The notes: generated by a model not told the origin, from the letters alone. DNA of 64,000 nt from an uncultured candidatus Porisulfidus sp. (GCA_965204575.1 OZ241993.1:768001-832000), one strand, 5' to 3'. Shown: positions 30,584-45,345, numbered from the stretch's first letter. Made by a program: numbers and translations.

Positions 30584-30805
30584 ATGGTATACCGACTTGA
30601 GACGGCCGTCGCCGTATTCGAACTGCGCCAGGAACCGCTTGGCATGTGGGACCTGTGGGTGGACGACACCCCGACCCTGACGTTCCTCTCTCCGGAGGAA
30701 GCGGCCCAGGCGGTGGCCGACAAGGAGTCCGGCTATTCCGTCTGGGACAACGACGAAAGCGAGGCTCCGGCGGACCTTTCCGACTGGGAGCAGGTCGAAG
30801 AATAA
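30584..30805 (+). CDS. Hypothetical acidic protein
   Basis: 73 aa, Trp-rich and acidic (SPEEAAQAVADKESGYSVWD..PADLSDW); followed by a hairpin. Confidence 0.65.
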   Translation: MVYRLETAVAVFELRQEPLGMWDLWVDDTPTLTFLSPEEAAQAVADKESGYSVWDNDESEAPADLSDWEQVEE

Positions 30806-30837
30806 CGGGAAGCTTGGTTCGGCGCCTCTACATATAA

Positions 30838-30863
30838 GGACAGGCGCCCGAAGGCGCCTGTCC
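30838..30863. terminator. Hairpin between convergent genes
   Basis: GGACAGGCGCC-CGAA-GGCGCCTGTCC, perfect 11-bp stem. Confidence 0.7.
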
Positions 30864-30884
30864 GATCATTGCCGAAAGCCGGGA

Positions 30885-32562
<1,678 letters not shown>

Positions 32563-32614
32563 CTATCATAGCGTATAGGGTCAGTCCCATTCACCAGGCT
32601 TCCGGTGGGAAATG

Positions 32615-32640
32615 AAAAGGGGCGCCGTGGGCGCCCCTTT
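32615..32640 (-). terminator. Intrinsic terminator after the second amt
   Basis: AAAGGGGCGCC-GTG-GGCGCCCCTTT. Confidence 0.8.
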
Positions 32641-32660
32641 CCAAGTAACCCGGGTTCGGG

Positions 32661-34377
<1,717 letters not shown>

Positions 34378-34582
34378 CTAGCAATGCCCAACGGGCATTG
34401 TTGGATCAGGGAGGCACGCGGAGAAGCAGGACGCGAAAGCATCGTCGTCAAAACACCCGACGGACGCAAATCCAGAATCTCGCAGCGAAGAAGCGATGTC
34501 ATGAATCAATCGATTCGGCCGATGGCCGGTGTTGCCCTCTGAAAATCCTCACCCGGGTTCGATGATCCGGCGAGGCCCCCTG

Positions 34583-35647
34583 TCAGTTGCTGTACTCGTG
34601 ACGCAAATGAGCGACCCGTGTCAGCAATTCGTAGGCTATTGTACCGCCTTTTGCCGCGACCTCGCAAACCGAGACCTGCGGGCCCCACAATTCCACCCAG
34701 TCCCCGGTGGCGGCCTCGCCGTCCGTGAGGTCGATCGCGATGAGGTCCATCGACACCCGGCCCAGGGTCGGAAAACGCCGGGTTCCGATGGCGACCTCCG
34801 TCTGTCCGTTCGAGGCGTGCGGATAACCGTCGGCGTAGCCGGCCTCGACCAGCCCGACCCGCATATCCGAGGCGCAGGTATAGGTCGCTCCGTAGCCGAG
34901 CCGCTCGCCGGCCCGGCAGTCGCGGATCGTCAGCAAGGGGGCTTCCAGGGTCATCACCGGCCGCAGATCGACCGGGGGGCAGTGACCCGGGGTGACGCCG
35001 TACAGCATCAATCCCGGCCGTGTCCAGTCCAGATGGCTTTCGGGGTAACGCAGCACGGCGGCGGAATTGGCGGCCGACCTCTCGCCGGTGCCAGGGATTT
35101 GCGCGAACCGTTCGAGTTGTACGCGGGTGGTGTCGTCGTCGGGATCGCCGGCGCAGGCCAGGTGCGTCATCAGCCCGACCGGGCCCGGATGCCACGGCAG
35201 CGCCTGCAGCCGCGCCAGGCAGGATTCCGCCTGTTCCTGGTTGACGCCAAGCCGGCTCATGCCGGTGTTGACCTTCAGCCAGAGCTGGGGACCCATGCCG
35301 GAGACCTTGGCCTGTTCCAGCAGGGCGAGTTGTTCATTGTCATGGACGACCAGGCACAGGTTTTGCTCGATTGCCGACTCCAGTTCCCCCGGCTCGCGGG
35401 CTCCATGCATCACGATGATCGGGTCCTGGATGCCGCCGTCGCGCAGTTCGAGGGCTTCGTCCAGAGCCGCGACCGCGAAAGCATCCGCCTCCCCTCGAAG
35501 CGCCTGGGCGCAGGCGGGGACCCCGTGCCCATAGGCGTCGGCCTTGATGACGGCCATCAACGAACTGTGGGGGGCCTGCGCTCGCGCCTGCCTGCAGTTG
35601 TGAACCAGATTGGAGAGGGAGACTCGGACCCGGGCGGGCCGGTTCAT
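34583..35647 (-). CDS. alr: Alanine racemase
   Basis: AVIKADAYGHG PLP lysine motif, NTGMSRLG, RPGLMLYG, GYADGY, GRVSMD. Confidence 0.97.
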   Translation of the reverse strand: MNRPARVRVSLSNLVHNCRQARAQAPHSSLMAVIKADAYGHGVPACAQALRGEADAFAVAALDEALELRDGGIQDPIIVMHGAREPGELESAIEQNLCLVVHDNEQLALLEQAKVSGMGPQLWLKVNTGMSRLGVNQEQAESCLARLQALPWHPGPVGLMTHLACAGDPDDDTTRVQLERFAQIPGTGERSAANSAAVLRYPESHLDWTRPGLMLYGVTPGHCPPVDLRPVMTLEAPLLTIRDCRAGERLGYGATYTCASDMRVGLVEAGYADGYPHASNGQTEVAIGTRRFPTLGRVSMDLIAIDLTDGEAATGDWVELWGPQVSVCEVAAKGGTIAYELLTRVAHLRHEYSN

Positions 35648-37074
35648 GAGGAATAGCCGTAGTCTTGCGGGGTTTCGCCTTGGTAGTCGTCCGGGCTGCG
35701 TTGCTCGAACTGGAAGTGACTCTTGGTGAAGTTCAGGCTCATGGAAAAACAGCGGCCGTTTCGGTTTTTTGCCACTTTTAGTTCAGCGTTGGCGATCGCG
35801 GGATTCGGCATATTCTCTTCATCGGTGGCGTTGTACAGGAACATCACGATGTCGGCATCCTGCTCAATGGCGCCGGAGTCGCGCAGTTCCTGCAATTTGG
35901 GCGCGTCGCCCGCTTCGCGCTTGGAGCCTTGGCGGTTGAGCTGCGACAGGCACAGCACCGGCGTTTGCAATTCGTTGGCGAGCGCCTTCAGTTCCCGGGT
36001 GATGACGGCCAGTTCGGCATTGCGGTTGCTTTCATGGCGGCTGTCGCCGGGGATCAGCTGCAGGTAGTCGATGACGATCAGGTCGAGCCTGTTGTTGTGG
36101 CCTGCGCGCAGGCGCCGCGCCATGCGGCGGATCAGCACCGGGGTCGGGGCAGACACTTCGTACACGTACAGATTCGGCTTGGTCAGCAGGCCGAGCGCCG
36201 ATTCGATGTTTCTCCAGTTGGCATCGTCCAGCCGTCCGCTGCGCAGCTTGGTCTGATCGACTTGGGCCACCATGGCCAGCATGCGGTCGGCGAGCTGCCG
36301 GGCCGACATTTCCATGCTGAAGACTGCGACCACGTCCTTTTCATGGCCCGGGATGCCGCCGCCGGCGACGTTGAACGCGATGTTCATGGCCAAACTGGTT
36401 TTGCCCATTCCGGGGCTGGCGGCCAGGATGACCAGTTCACCGGGTTGCAGGCCGGATGTTTCCCGGTCGAAATCGCTGAACCCGGTCGGCGTGCCGGTCA
36501 GCAGTTGCTTGCCGGGATTCTTGCGCACCCATTCCTGACGGGATTCGATTTCGCCGACGGACTTGGTGGACGCTTCTCCGATGCGCACGAAATCGTTGCT
36601 GCCGCGCTTCTCGGCATCGGAGACTTCCAAGATCAGGCGTTCCGCCTCGCTCACAATCGCATCGGAGTCCCGCCCCTGAGGGTCGTTGATTAGCGCGATG
36701 ATGTCGCTGCAGGCCCGGCGCAGCTGGCGTTGCGCCGAGCAGTTCAGGACGATGCGGACGTAATACTCGATGCGCTCGGACGTGAAGTTCTCGTCGGCGA
36801 TGTAGCGGGCGTAATCCAGGATTTCCGGGTGTTCGTGGTAGTCCGCATGGCGCCGCAACTGATCCGAGGCGGTGACCAGATCGACCGGCTTGCCATCATG
36901 CTCCAAGGCGTGGATCGCCTCGAAGATCATGCGGTGGCTGGCTTCGCTGAAATCGCTGACCTGCAGGGTCCGGATCTTGTCCCAGGCGCTTTCGTCGTTG
37001 ATCAGCGCGCCAAGCACCGCACGCTCGGCATCAAGAGGTTCGACAGCGGAAAGAGTCAGGGTTTCGTCAGCCAT
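35644..37074 (-). CDS. dnaB: Replicative DNA helicase
   Basis: AERAVLG, AASPGMGKT, FSMEM, IDYLQL, LSQLNR, LRDSGAIEQDAD, KNRNG. Confidence 0.97.
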   Translation of the reverse strand: MADETLTLSAVEPLDAERAVLGALINDESAWDKIRTLQVSDFSEASHRMIFEAIHALEHDGKPVDLVTASDQLRRHADYHEHPEILDYARYIADENFTSERIEYYVRIVLNCSAQRQLRRACSDIIALINDPQGRDSDAIVSEAERLILEVSDAEKRGSNDFVRIGEASTKSVGEIESRQEWVRKNPGKQLLTGTPTGFSDFDRETSGLQPGELVILAASPGMGKTSLAMNIAFNVAGGGIPGHEKDVVAVFSMEMSARQLADRMLAMVAQVDQTKLRSGRLDDANWRNIESALGLLTKPNLYVYEVSAPTPVLIRRMARRLRAGHNNRLDLIVIDYLQLIPGDSRHESNRNAELAVITRELKALANELQTPVLCLSQLNRQGSKREAGDAPKLQELRDSGAIEQDADIVMFLYNATDEENMPNPAIANAELKVAKNRNGRCFSMSLNFTKSHFQFEQRSPDDYQGETPQDYGYSS

Positions 37075-37266
37075 CCTGTGTCGGATTCCAAGGGTCTAGC
37101 GGTTCTGGAGACAGGCGCGAGCCTGTTGTGGTTCGTCGCTCTATACTGTCGGGGAAGCCCGCCGTCCTGTCAATAGGAAAACTGGTATAGAAACCTGCCT
37201 ATAACCTGGGGAGAACTTCAGGTCGTCCCGTTCAAAACTTGTGGGCAGGTTTCGGGGGAGGCGGTT

Positions 37267-37827
37267 TCAGGAAGCCGGTTCCTCCGTCGCCGGGGCTTCT
37301 TCTGGTGCGGCCTGCACTTCGTCCGCATCCGAGGCGGCTTTCGTTTCTTCTTCTTCCAGTTCGACCGGAGTTTCGATCTCGCCGCTGGATTCCACGGTGA
37401 CCAGTACAGTGGCCTCGACGTCCGAATGCAGGTGCACCGTGACCGGGTGTTCGCCCAGGCTGCGCAACGGCCCGTCAGGCAGCCGTATCTCGTGGCGTTC
37501 CAGTTCGCCTCCGGCCTCGGTGATGGCCCGTGCGATCTCCCCGGCGCCGACCGAACCGAACAGCTTGCCCTCCTGATGGGTTTCCGCCATGATGGTGACC
37601 TTGAAGCCGTCCAGTTTCGCCTTGCGCTGCTCCGCCCCGGACAGAGCCTCCAGCGCCTTGCGTTCCAGTTCTTCACGATGCGCCTGGACTTCCGCCAGGT
37701 TGGCTTCGGTCGCATACTTGGCCTTGCCGGCCGGGATCAGGTAGTTGCGCGCATAGCCGGGCCGCACGCGGACGACATCGCCCAGCGTTCCAAGCCGTTC
37801 AATTTTTTCGAGCAGAATGACTTCCAT
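37267..37827 (-). CDS. rplI: 50S ribosomal protein L9 with acidic tail
   Basis: MEVILLE..LG..GDVVRVRPGYARNYLIP, GKLFGSV. Confidence 0.97.
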   Translation of the reverse strand: MEVILLEKIERLGTLGDVVRVRPGYARNYLIPAGKAKYATEANLAEVQAHREELERKALEALSGAEQRKAKLDGFKVTIMAETHQEGKLFGSVGAGEIARAITEAGGELERHEIRLPDGPLRSLGEHPVTVHLHSDVEATVLVTVESSGEIETPVELEEEETKAASDADEVQAAPEEAPATEEPAS

Positions 37828-37842
37828 GTTGTTTCTCCGGTT

Positions 37843-38754
37843 TCAGGAAATGCCGTTATCGTTTCCTGCCGCCCGTCGCCTCCATCCTATCAGGTCTTCG
37901 GCCGCCCCGAGCGTTGCGGTGACCAGTAGAACTTCCGGCAGGCTGAGCAGCAGGAGGTAAAAAGGAATCAGTACGGCCAGCGGATAGCGTATCCGGTCGC
38001 TCAGGCGGTGCATGGTGGCGATGCCCGGGAACAGGAACGCCGTGATCAGCGTCAGCGACAGGCCCAGCATGAACGGGCTCGGGAACCACCAGGCCATGAT
38101 GACCGTCGCCAGGAAAATGATGTCCGCGACGCGGCCGTAGCGTGTCGCCCGGAATTCAAGCCCGAAAAAGGGTATTTCCGCCAGTGTGCTCTGCCACTTC
38201 CTGGCAAGCAGGAGCAGCAGGGTGGACAGGAGCGCCAGGCTGGCCATGACCACTTCGGCGCCGATCTGGCTCAGCCATTCCGCAGACACCCCCCCGAACG
38301 GCTCGGCACGTTCCGCCTCGAGGGCCGCCTGGCGGAAGGTTTCCAGTGCCGCGATCCAGGCCGCGTCAAGATCCACCGCCAGCAATCCCAGCAGTTGAGC
38401 GCCGGTCCAGGCACCGACGAAGCCGCACAGGATGGCCAGTGACAGGGAATCGCTCAGGCGCAGGATTGTGGCCAGCAGGGCCGGGGTCCCGAGGAAAATC
38501 AGCGGGGACAGAAATGCCATGGCGTGGGCTGCGATCAGGTAGGAAATCGCGGCGCAGGCGATGCCGGACAAGATCAGGATCAGGGCGGCTTCCCGCGGAG
38601 GCCGCACCAGCATCAGGAAAGCGGCGACGATGCCGGCGAACAGGGTGCCGAACAGCAGCAGCGGCACATGCATGGCCAGCAACTGCAACAGGGTCAGGCC
38701 GCCGATGATCGGGATCGGCGGGCCCTGCAGGATCCGCCCGAGCGCAACGAGCAT
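37843..38754 (-). CDS. Multi-pass membrane protein (DUF2232/YybS-like)
   Basis: Hydrophobic helices, LARKWQS motif; position between rpsR and rplI is typical for this family. Confidence 0.75.
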   Translation of the reverse strand: MLVALGRILQGPPIPIIGGLTLLQLLAMHVPLLLFGTLFAGIVAAFLMLVRPPREAALILILSGIACAAISYLIAAHAMAFLSPLIFLGTPALLATILRLSDSLSLAILCGFVGAWTGAQLLGLLAVDLDAAWIAALETFRQAALEAERAEPFGGVSAEWLSQIGAEVVMASLALLSTLLLLLARKWQSTLAEIPFFGLEFRATRYGRVADIIFLATVIMAWWFPSPFMLGLSLTLITAFLFPGIATMHRLSDRIRYPLAVLIPFYLLLLSLPEVLLVTATLGAAEDLIGWRRRAAGNDNGIS

Positions 38755-38978
38755 CAGTGGTTGTCGCAGTAGGGCAGCAGGCTCAGGTAACGGGCGCGTT
38801 TGATGGCGGTGGCGAGCCGGCGCTGAAACCGCGCCGGGGTGCCGCTGACCCGGGCCGGCATGATCTTGCCGGTCTCGGTGATGTAATCGCGCAGCAGATC
38901 CAGGTCCTTGTAGTCGATTTCAGACGGGTTGCTGTTCGAAAAACGGCGCGCACTCTCGCGTTTGGGGTTGCTGGCCAT
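38754..38978 (-). CDS. rpsR: 30S ribosomal protein S18
   Basis: [42 protein letters not shown]. Confidence 0.97.
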   Translation of the reverse strand: MASNPKRESARRFSNSNPSEIDYKDLDLLRDYITETGKIMPARVSGTPARFQRRLATAIKRARYLSLLPYCDNH

Positions 38979-38980
38979 GG

Positions 38981-39559
38981 CTACTCCTCGGTTTTGGAGG
39001 GTTCGGCGGCGGGTTCTTCAACCGCGTCCGGTGTTTCTTCCGCCTCGGTGCCGGCGTCGGAATCTGCTTCGGCCTCGGCCTGCGGGCGTTCATCGCCCTC
39101 CGACACGGTTTCTTCAGCCTCGGCGGCTGGCGGGGAGGCTTCCGTTCCTGTCCCGTTTTTGTCTTCAGGCTTGTCTTCGGCAGCCTTTTCGGAAGCTTTC
39201 GGGCTGTCGCCCCATTCGTTCTCTTCCTCGTCTTCCTCTTCAGCCGACTTTGCCAGCGGCGAAGGCTCGGTGACGGCCTCGTCCTGGCGGACGATCAGGT
39301 TGCGCAGCACGGCATCGTTGAACCGGAATGCATGCTGGATTTCTCCCAGCGCTTGCGAATCGCATTCCACGTTCATCAGCACGTAGTGGGCCTTGTGCAA
39401 CTTGTCGATGGAGTAGGCCAGCTGACGGCGCCCCCAGTCTTCGAGGCGATGTACTGCGCCGCCGTGGTCGGTCACCATTTTCGAGTACCGCTCGATCATT
39501 TGCGGTACCTGGTCGCTCTGGTCCGGATAGACCAGAAACACGATTTCGTAATGTCGCAT
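38981..39559 (-). CDS. rpsF: 30S ribosomal protein S6 with long acidic tail
   Basis: [35 protein letters not shown]. Confidence 0.97.
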   Translation of the reverse strand: MRHYEIVFLVYPDQSDQVPQMIERYSKMVTDHGGAVHRLEDWGRRQLAYSIDKLHKAHYVLMNVECDSQALGEIQHAFRFNDAVLRNLIVRQDEAVTEPSPLAKSAEEEDEEENEWGDSPKASEKAAEDKPEDKNGTGTEASPPAAEAEETVSEGDERPQAEAEADSDAGTEAEETPDAVEEPAAEPSKTEE

Positions 39560-39562
39560 GTG

Positions 39563-39612
39563 CGCTCCTTTCGGGTTGCCAGCCCCCCGTCACTGCGGTG
39601 GGGCAAGGAGGA
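39563..39612 (-). ncRNA. rpsF leader (S6:S18-binding cis-regulatory RNA)
   Basis: Minus strand CUCCUU-GCCCC..GGGGC-UGGCAA-CCCG-AAAGGAG: outer stem sequesters the RBS, with a CCC/CCG internal loop as in the known S6:S18 motif. Confidence 0.7.
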
Positions 39613-39675
39613 GGAGATTTCAGGCGCGCATTCTAGCAGAACCGCGCCTATGCCGGTTGTCGTACGAGGCAATGC

Positions 39676-39933
39676 TCATGCGGCATCATGTTTCCCGATC
39701 CATTCACGAAGAGCGAGGTCGATCCGCGTTTGCCACCCCCGGCCCCCGGCCTTGAAGTGATCGATTACGTCTGGCGACAGACGAATGGTGGTGGATACCT
39801 TCGGTTTTTCAAGAGGGGGCCGACCCCGGCGAACAGGCACCTTGGCAAATTTTTCCGGCCAATCGCCCTGAGAAAGATCCGGGGCGTCATCCGGGTCAAA
39901 ATCTTGGACTGTAGAGTGCTTTTTCCCGCTCAT
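39676..39933 (-). CDS. brnA: BrnA antitoxin
   Basis: DPDDAPDL, RGRPP..KVSTTIRLSPDVIDHFKAGGRGWQTRIDLALR. Confidence 0.92.
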   Translation of the reverse strand: MSGKKHSTVQDFDPDDAPDLSQGDWPEKFAKVPVRRGRPPLEKPKVSTTIRLSPDVIDHFKAGGRGWQTRIDLALREWIGKHDAA

Positions 39934-40165
39934 TTGCCTTCCTCATGCTGATGATGCGATATACATCATTTCTTGGCGTCCAGACCAGAATCACCATTCT
40001 TTCGTCAAGAAATCCAATAGTGATGAAACGGTCTTCGCCATAGTTTCTCCGGTCATCTTCATCAGTCAGAGTGGTACCTTCGAATACCTCTCCGGCCCGA
40101 GCCATGTCCAGCCCTCTCGCTTCAAGAGTGGCTGCACGTTTTTCCTCGTCGAACTCAATCGACAT
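39896..40165 (-). CDS. brnT: BrnT ribonuclease toxin
   Basis: EFDEEKR..RGLD, DDRRNYGEDRFITIG, RIISMRKANERE. Confidence 0.92.
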   Translation of the reverse strand: MSIEFDEEKRAATLEARGLDMARAGEVFEGTTLTDEDDRRNYGEDRFITIGFLDERMVILVWTPRNDVYRIISMRKANEREKALYSPRF

Positions 40166-40211
40166 TTATTTTATGTTACCACAATAAATAAGCTTGGCCG
40201 ATCTCATTTCT

Positions 40212-40889
40212 TCACTTCGGTGCCGCCGCAACGGGCGCGATGCTCTTATGGGGCAGGAACAGGCCGCAGCCCAGCAACCGTTCGGGGCCAAGACCTTGGC
40301 GCTGGAGATCCACGGATTGCTCGGGCTCAAGCCCGTCCAGCATCAGGCTACGGCAGTGCAGGGCTCCCCCGCCCCCGGCGACGAGATGGGTGCGGCCCGC
40401 CATCATGCGCGGGGCTTCAATGCCGATTTCCTTCAGTTGCTCGGCGCACAGGCCCAGGAATTCCTCCTCGTCCTCGTTTTCGATCGCGACGTAGCGGGCA
40501 AAAACCGTGCTTTGAGCCTGCAGCGGATGCAGGCGGTTGTCCTCGATGACCATCGGATCCGGGCCGATCTGCAAGGTGACTCCGGACAACTCTCGCGCCT
40601 CCTCAAGCCGGTGGTAGGGCAGCCGCAGGGCCAGCCGGGTGCGTTTCGACAATGGCAGGTAGGTCGTCGGATCTTCCGGCCGGATCCAGCCGTTTCCGGA
40701 TTCGGCTCCATGGATCGTGTGAACGCCAGCAAGTGGTTCGTCCGCAAGCCAGGGCCAGACCGCGAGAAGCGCCGAGCGCAGGTCGCGGGCATGGTCGACC
40801 GGCAAGGCCTTGCAGCGGATTCGGTAGCGGACATCCACCACGTCCGGCGCGACGGCGGGAGGAGGCGTATCCGATTCCTGCCAGTGCAC
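40212..40889 (-). CDS. Cas6-fold (RAMP) protein, Cas6/Cmx6 (I-MYXAN)-like, stand-alone
   Basis: N-terminal LPVDHA..L, LSKRTRLALRLP, C-terminal Gly-rich loop LQRQGLGPERLLGCGLFLPHK; no array or other cas genes nearby. Confidence 0.8.
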   Translation of the reverse strand: MHWQESDTPPPAVAPDVVDVRYRIRCKALPVDHARDLRSALLAVWPWLADEPLAGVHTIHGAESGNGWIRPEDPTTYLPLSKRTRLALRLPYHRLEEARELSGVTLQIGPDPMVIEDNRLHPLQAQSTVFARYVAIENEDEEEFLGLCAEQLKEIGIEAPRMMAGRTHLVAGGGGALHCRSLMLDGLEPEQSVDLQRQGLGPERLLGCGLFLPHKSIAPVAAAPK

Positions 40890-40891
40890 GG

Positions 40892-41083
40892 TCAGGGACG
40901 GCGGGCCGTGAAGAAGCTTTCCAACTGCTCCTCCCAGTCTTCCGGGGTGTCGGAAAACGGAGGCCGGACGTCCAGGCTGAGGAACCGTTCTCCCGCGTCG
41001 ATGCGTGCCGCAATCAGGTCTTTGAGGCCCTCGAAGGAATCCAGGTCATAGTGGGCGATCAGGAGTTCGCTCAGGGTCAGCAT
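40892..41083 (-). CDS. 63-aa protein coupled to the TauD-like and Cas6-like genes
   Basis: MLTLSELL..HYDLDSFEGL..GERFLSLDVRPPFSDTPEDWEEQLESFF; overlaps the upstream stop and ends 2 nt before the downstream start. Confidence 0.75.
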   Translation of the reverse strand: MLTLSELLIAHYDLDSFEGLKDLIAARIDAGERFLSLDVRPPFSDTPEDWEEQLESFFTARRP

Positions 41084-41955
41084 GGGCGGCGGGCGCGATC
41101 CGTGTAGCGGGTCCGGTACAGCAGGCGGGGGTGATCGGCAGAGTCGGTGTAGGCACTCCGGCAGTGCAATACATTATGCGCGATCAACCCGCATCCCGCC
41201 TCCAGGCGCAGGGGGTGTTTCGCCTGCGGCAGGGTTTCCAGTAGCTCTTGGATCCGGGTTCGGGCCGCCTCGGTTTCGGTGTGCCAGCGGATGTGGATGG
41301 CGCGTTCGGTATAGCGCATGTACAGGTGTTCGCCGTCGACCGAAAAGACCGGCCCGCTGAATTCGGCCCGGCGCTCCCGGCCGTCTTCGGCGTGGGCGGG
41401 GACCGTGAAGGCCTCGGGGTGAGCCAACGCCCGGATCAGGTCCGGGTCTTCGTCGCGCAGGGCGATGTACAGCAGGCGCGGGTCAAGCAGTCGGTTGACG
41501 CCGCCTTCGAGCGCCGGCTGGATGCAGTGCAGGATGAAACTGCGGATTTTCTGTGTCTCCGGCTGGTAATACCCGTCGGTGTGCCAGCGCAGCCGGTGGC
41601 GGGTGTACGGGATGAATCGCCCGGCCGTGTCTTCCCGTGCCGTCAACCGTGCCACTCCGTCCGGTTCGGCGCACTGGTGGTGGTCGAGATGCTCGAGTCC
41701 CAGTTGCTTGCCGAAGGCCAGCAGGTCGCGGGGTTCGGGGATCCGGTCCGTGACGTAGCAGGCGGCCCCGCCAGCATGTAGGCGCGAGATCAAGGCGCTG
41801 ATTTCCTGCGCATCCAACTTGGCAGGATTTTGGATTTCGACCGGTGTGAAATCCACCTCGCTTTCGTCGAGGACCTGTTTCCGCCACACACGGTAAGCCT
41901 CTGTGCGGGCGAGATCCCACCAGTCGGGGGGAGGATGGGAGGGAACGTCAGTCAA
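41077..41955 (-). CDS. TauD/TfdA-family Fe(II)/2-oxoglutarate dioxygenase-like protein
   Basis: WHTDGYY (HxD), LHC, GGVNRLLD, distal NVLHCRS, RLLYRTRY; TTG 41955 overlaps the aminotransferase stop. Confidence 0.85.
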   Translation of the reverse strand: MTDVPSHPPPDWWDLARTEAYRVWRKQVLDESEVDFTPVEIQNPAKLDAQEISALISRLHAGGAACYVTDRIPEPRDLLAFGKQLGLEHLDHHQCAEPDGVARLTAREDTAGRFIPYTRHRLRWHTDGYYQPETQKIRSFILHCIQPALEGGVNRLLDPRLLYIALRDEDPDLIRALAHPEAFTVPAHAEDGRERRAEFSGPVFSVDGEHLYMRYTERAIHIRWHTETEAARTRIQELLETLPQAKHPLRLEAGCGLIAHNVLHCRSAYTDSADHPRLLYRTRYTDRARRPC

Positions 41956-43129
41956 GAAGATCGCGCAGGCGCGAGATGCCTTCCTCGAGAGTCGGCATGT
42001 CGGTGGCGAACGAGACCCGGATGTGGTCGGCCGAGCCGAACGGGAGCCCGGGCACGACGGCAAGGCGCAACTGGTCGAGCAGCAGGGTGGCGAACTCGAT
42101 GTCGGAGGGGCATTCCAGCCGGCGCATGGCTTCGCCGACGTCCGGCAGGCAGTAGAACGCGCCGTCGGGCTTCAGGCAGGTGATTCCGGGCAGTTCGTTG
42201 AGCGCCGTCACGATGTAGTTGCGGCGCTGCTCGAAGGCGGCCACCATGTCGGGCACCGAGGACTGGTCTTCCAGCAACGCGGCACAGGCGGCGGCCTGGG
42301 CGATCGAGGAGGGGTTGGAAGTGCTCTGCGACTGGACGGTCAGCATGGCGTCGATGATGTCCTTGGGCCCGGCCGCATAGCCGATCCGCCAGCCGGTCAT
42401 GGCATAGGCCTTGGAGACGCCGTTGATGAGGAGGACGCGGTCGCTCAGGTCGGGCGCGACCTGGATCAGGTTGCAGAACGGCACGCCGTCGAACCGGATC
42501 AGTTCGTAGATGTCGTCGGACGCGACTCGGACGTGAGGGTGTGCGCGCAGCACCCGGGCAAAGCCCTCGAGATCCTCCCGGTGCAGCATGGCACCGCAGG
42601 GGTTGGACGGGCTGTTGAGGATCAGCAGTTTCGTGCGCGGGCTGATTGCCTGGTCCAGTTGTTCGGCAGTGGGGCGGAAATTCTGCTTCAGGGTGGTCGG
42701 CAGGAACACCGGCTCGCCGCCCGCGAGCCGCACCATGTCGGGATAAGAGGCCCAGTAGGGGACCGGAATGATGACCTCGTCGCCGGGGTCGATCACGGCC
42801 TGCAGGCAGTTGTACAGGACCTGCTTCGCGCCGGCGCTCACCAGGATCTGGTCGGCCTCGAAGTGCAGCTTGTTGTCGCGGTGGAACTTGTGCGCGATGG
42901 CGGCGCGCAGGGCCGGCGTGCCGCCGACCGAGGTGTAGCGGGTCTGGCCGTCGCGGATGGCCTGGACCGCCGCATCGCAGATGTTTTCCGGGGTGTCGAA
43001 GTCCGGTTCTCCGGCACTCCAATCAATGATTTCCTGGCCCGCCGCGCGTAGGCGGCGCGCAGTCGCGGAGACGGCCAGCGTTGCGGAAGGCTCGCAACGT
43101 CCGACCCGTTTCGAAAGGGCGCGTTCCAT
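41948..43129 (-). CDS. Class I/II PLP aminotransferase (aspartate aminotransferase-like)
   Basis: GEPDFDTP, NSPSNPCG, DDIYE, NGVSKAYAMTGWRIGY; divergent from uvrB. Confidence 0.95.
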   Translation of the reverse strand: MERALSKRVGRCEPSATLAVSATARRLRAAGQEIIDWSAGEPDFDTPENICDAAVQAIRDGQTRYTSVGGTPALRAAIAHKFHRDNKLHFEADQILVSAGAKQVLYNCLQAVIDPGDEVIIPVPYWASYPDMVRLAGGEPVFLPTTLKQNFRPTAEQLDQAISPRTKLLILNSPSNPCGAMLHREDLEGFARVLRAHPHVRVASDDIYELIRFDGVPFCNLIQVAPDLSDRVLLINGVSKAYAMTGWRIGYAAGPKDIIDAMLTVQSQSTSNPSSIAQAAACAALLEDQSSVPDMVAAFEQRRNYIVTALNELPGITCLKPDGAFYCLPDVGEAMRRLECPSDIEFATLLLDQLRLAVVPGLPFGSADHIRVSFATDMPTLEEGISRLRDLLD

Positions 43130-43196
43130 GGGAAAGTCCGGTGGCGCGTAGTTTACCGCACCTCGACTCGCTATACTGGATAAATTTCCCTGAAAA

Positions 43197-45227
<2,031 letters not shown>

Positions 45228-45345
45228 CGGAGCTGGTGGGTAGCATGTGCGTACAATTGCGGGCTTGACCATGGATTAATCGTTTGTTGTTTTAGCCAAA
45301 GAGATTCCACCACGTGTAGCAAGTTCCATGTAGAAAGGCGGTGAC

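Noticed and set aside
39960-41100. CRISPR array near the Cas6-like gene
   Set aside because: No regularly spaced 25-40 nt repeats here or elsewhere in the window; flanks are fully coding apart from a 46-nt gap.
43175-43194. LexA box upstream of uvrB (TACTGGATAAATTTCCCTGA)
   Set aside because: Left half fits but the right half is CCT rather than CAG; not supportable without a genome-specific matrix.
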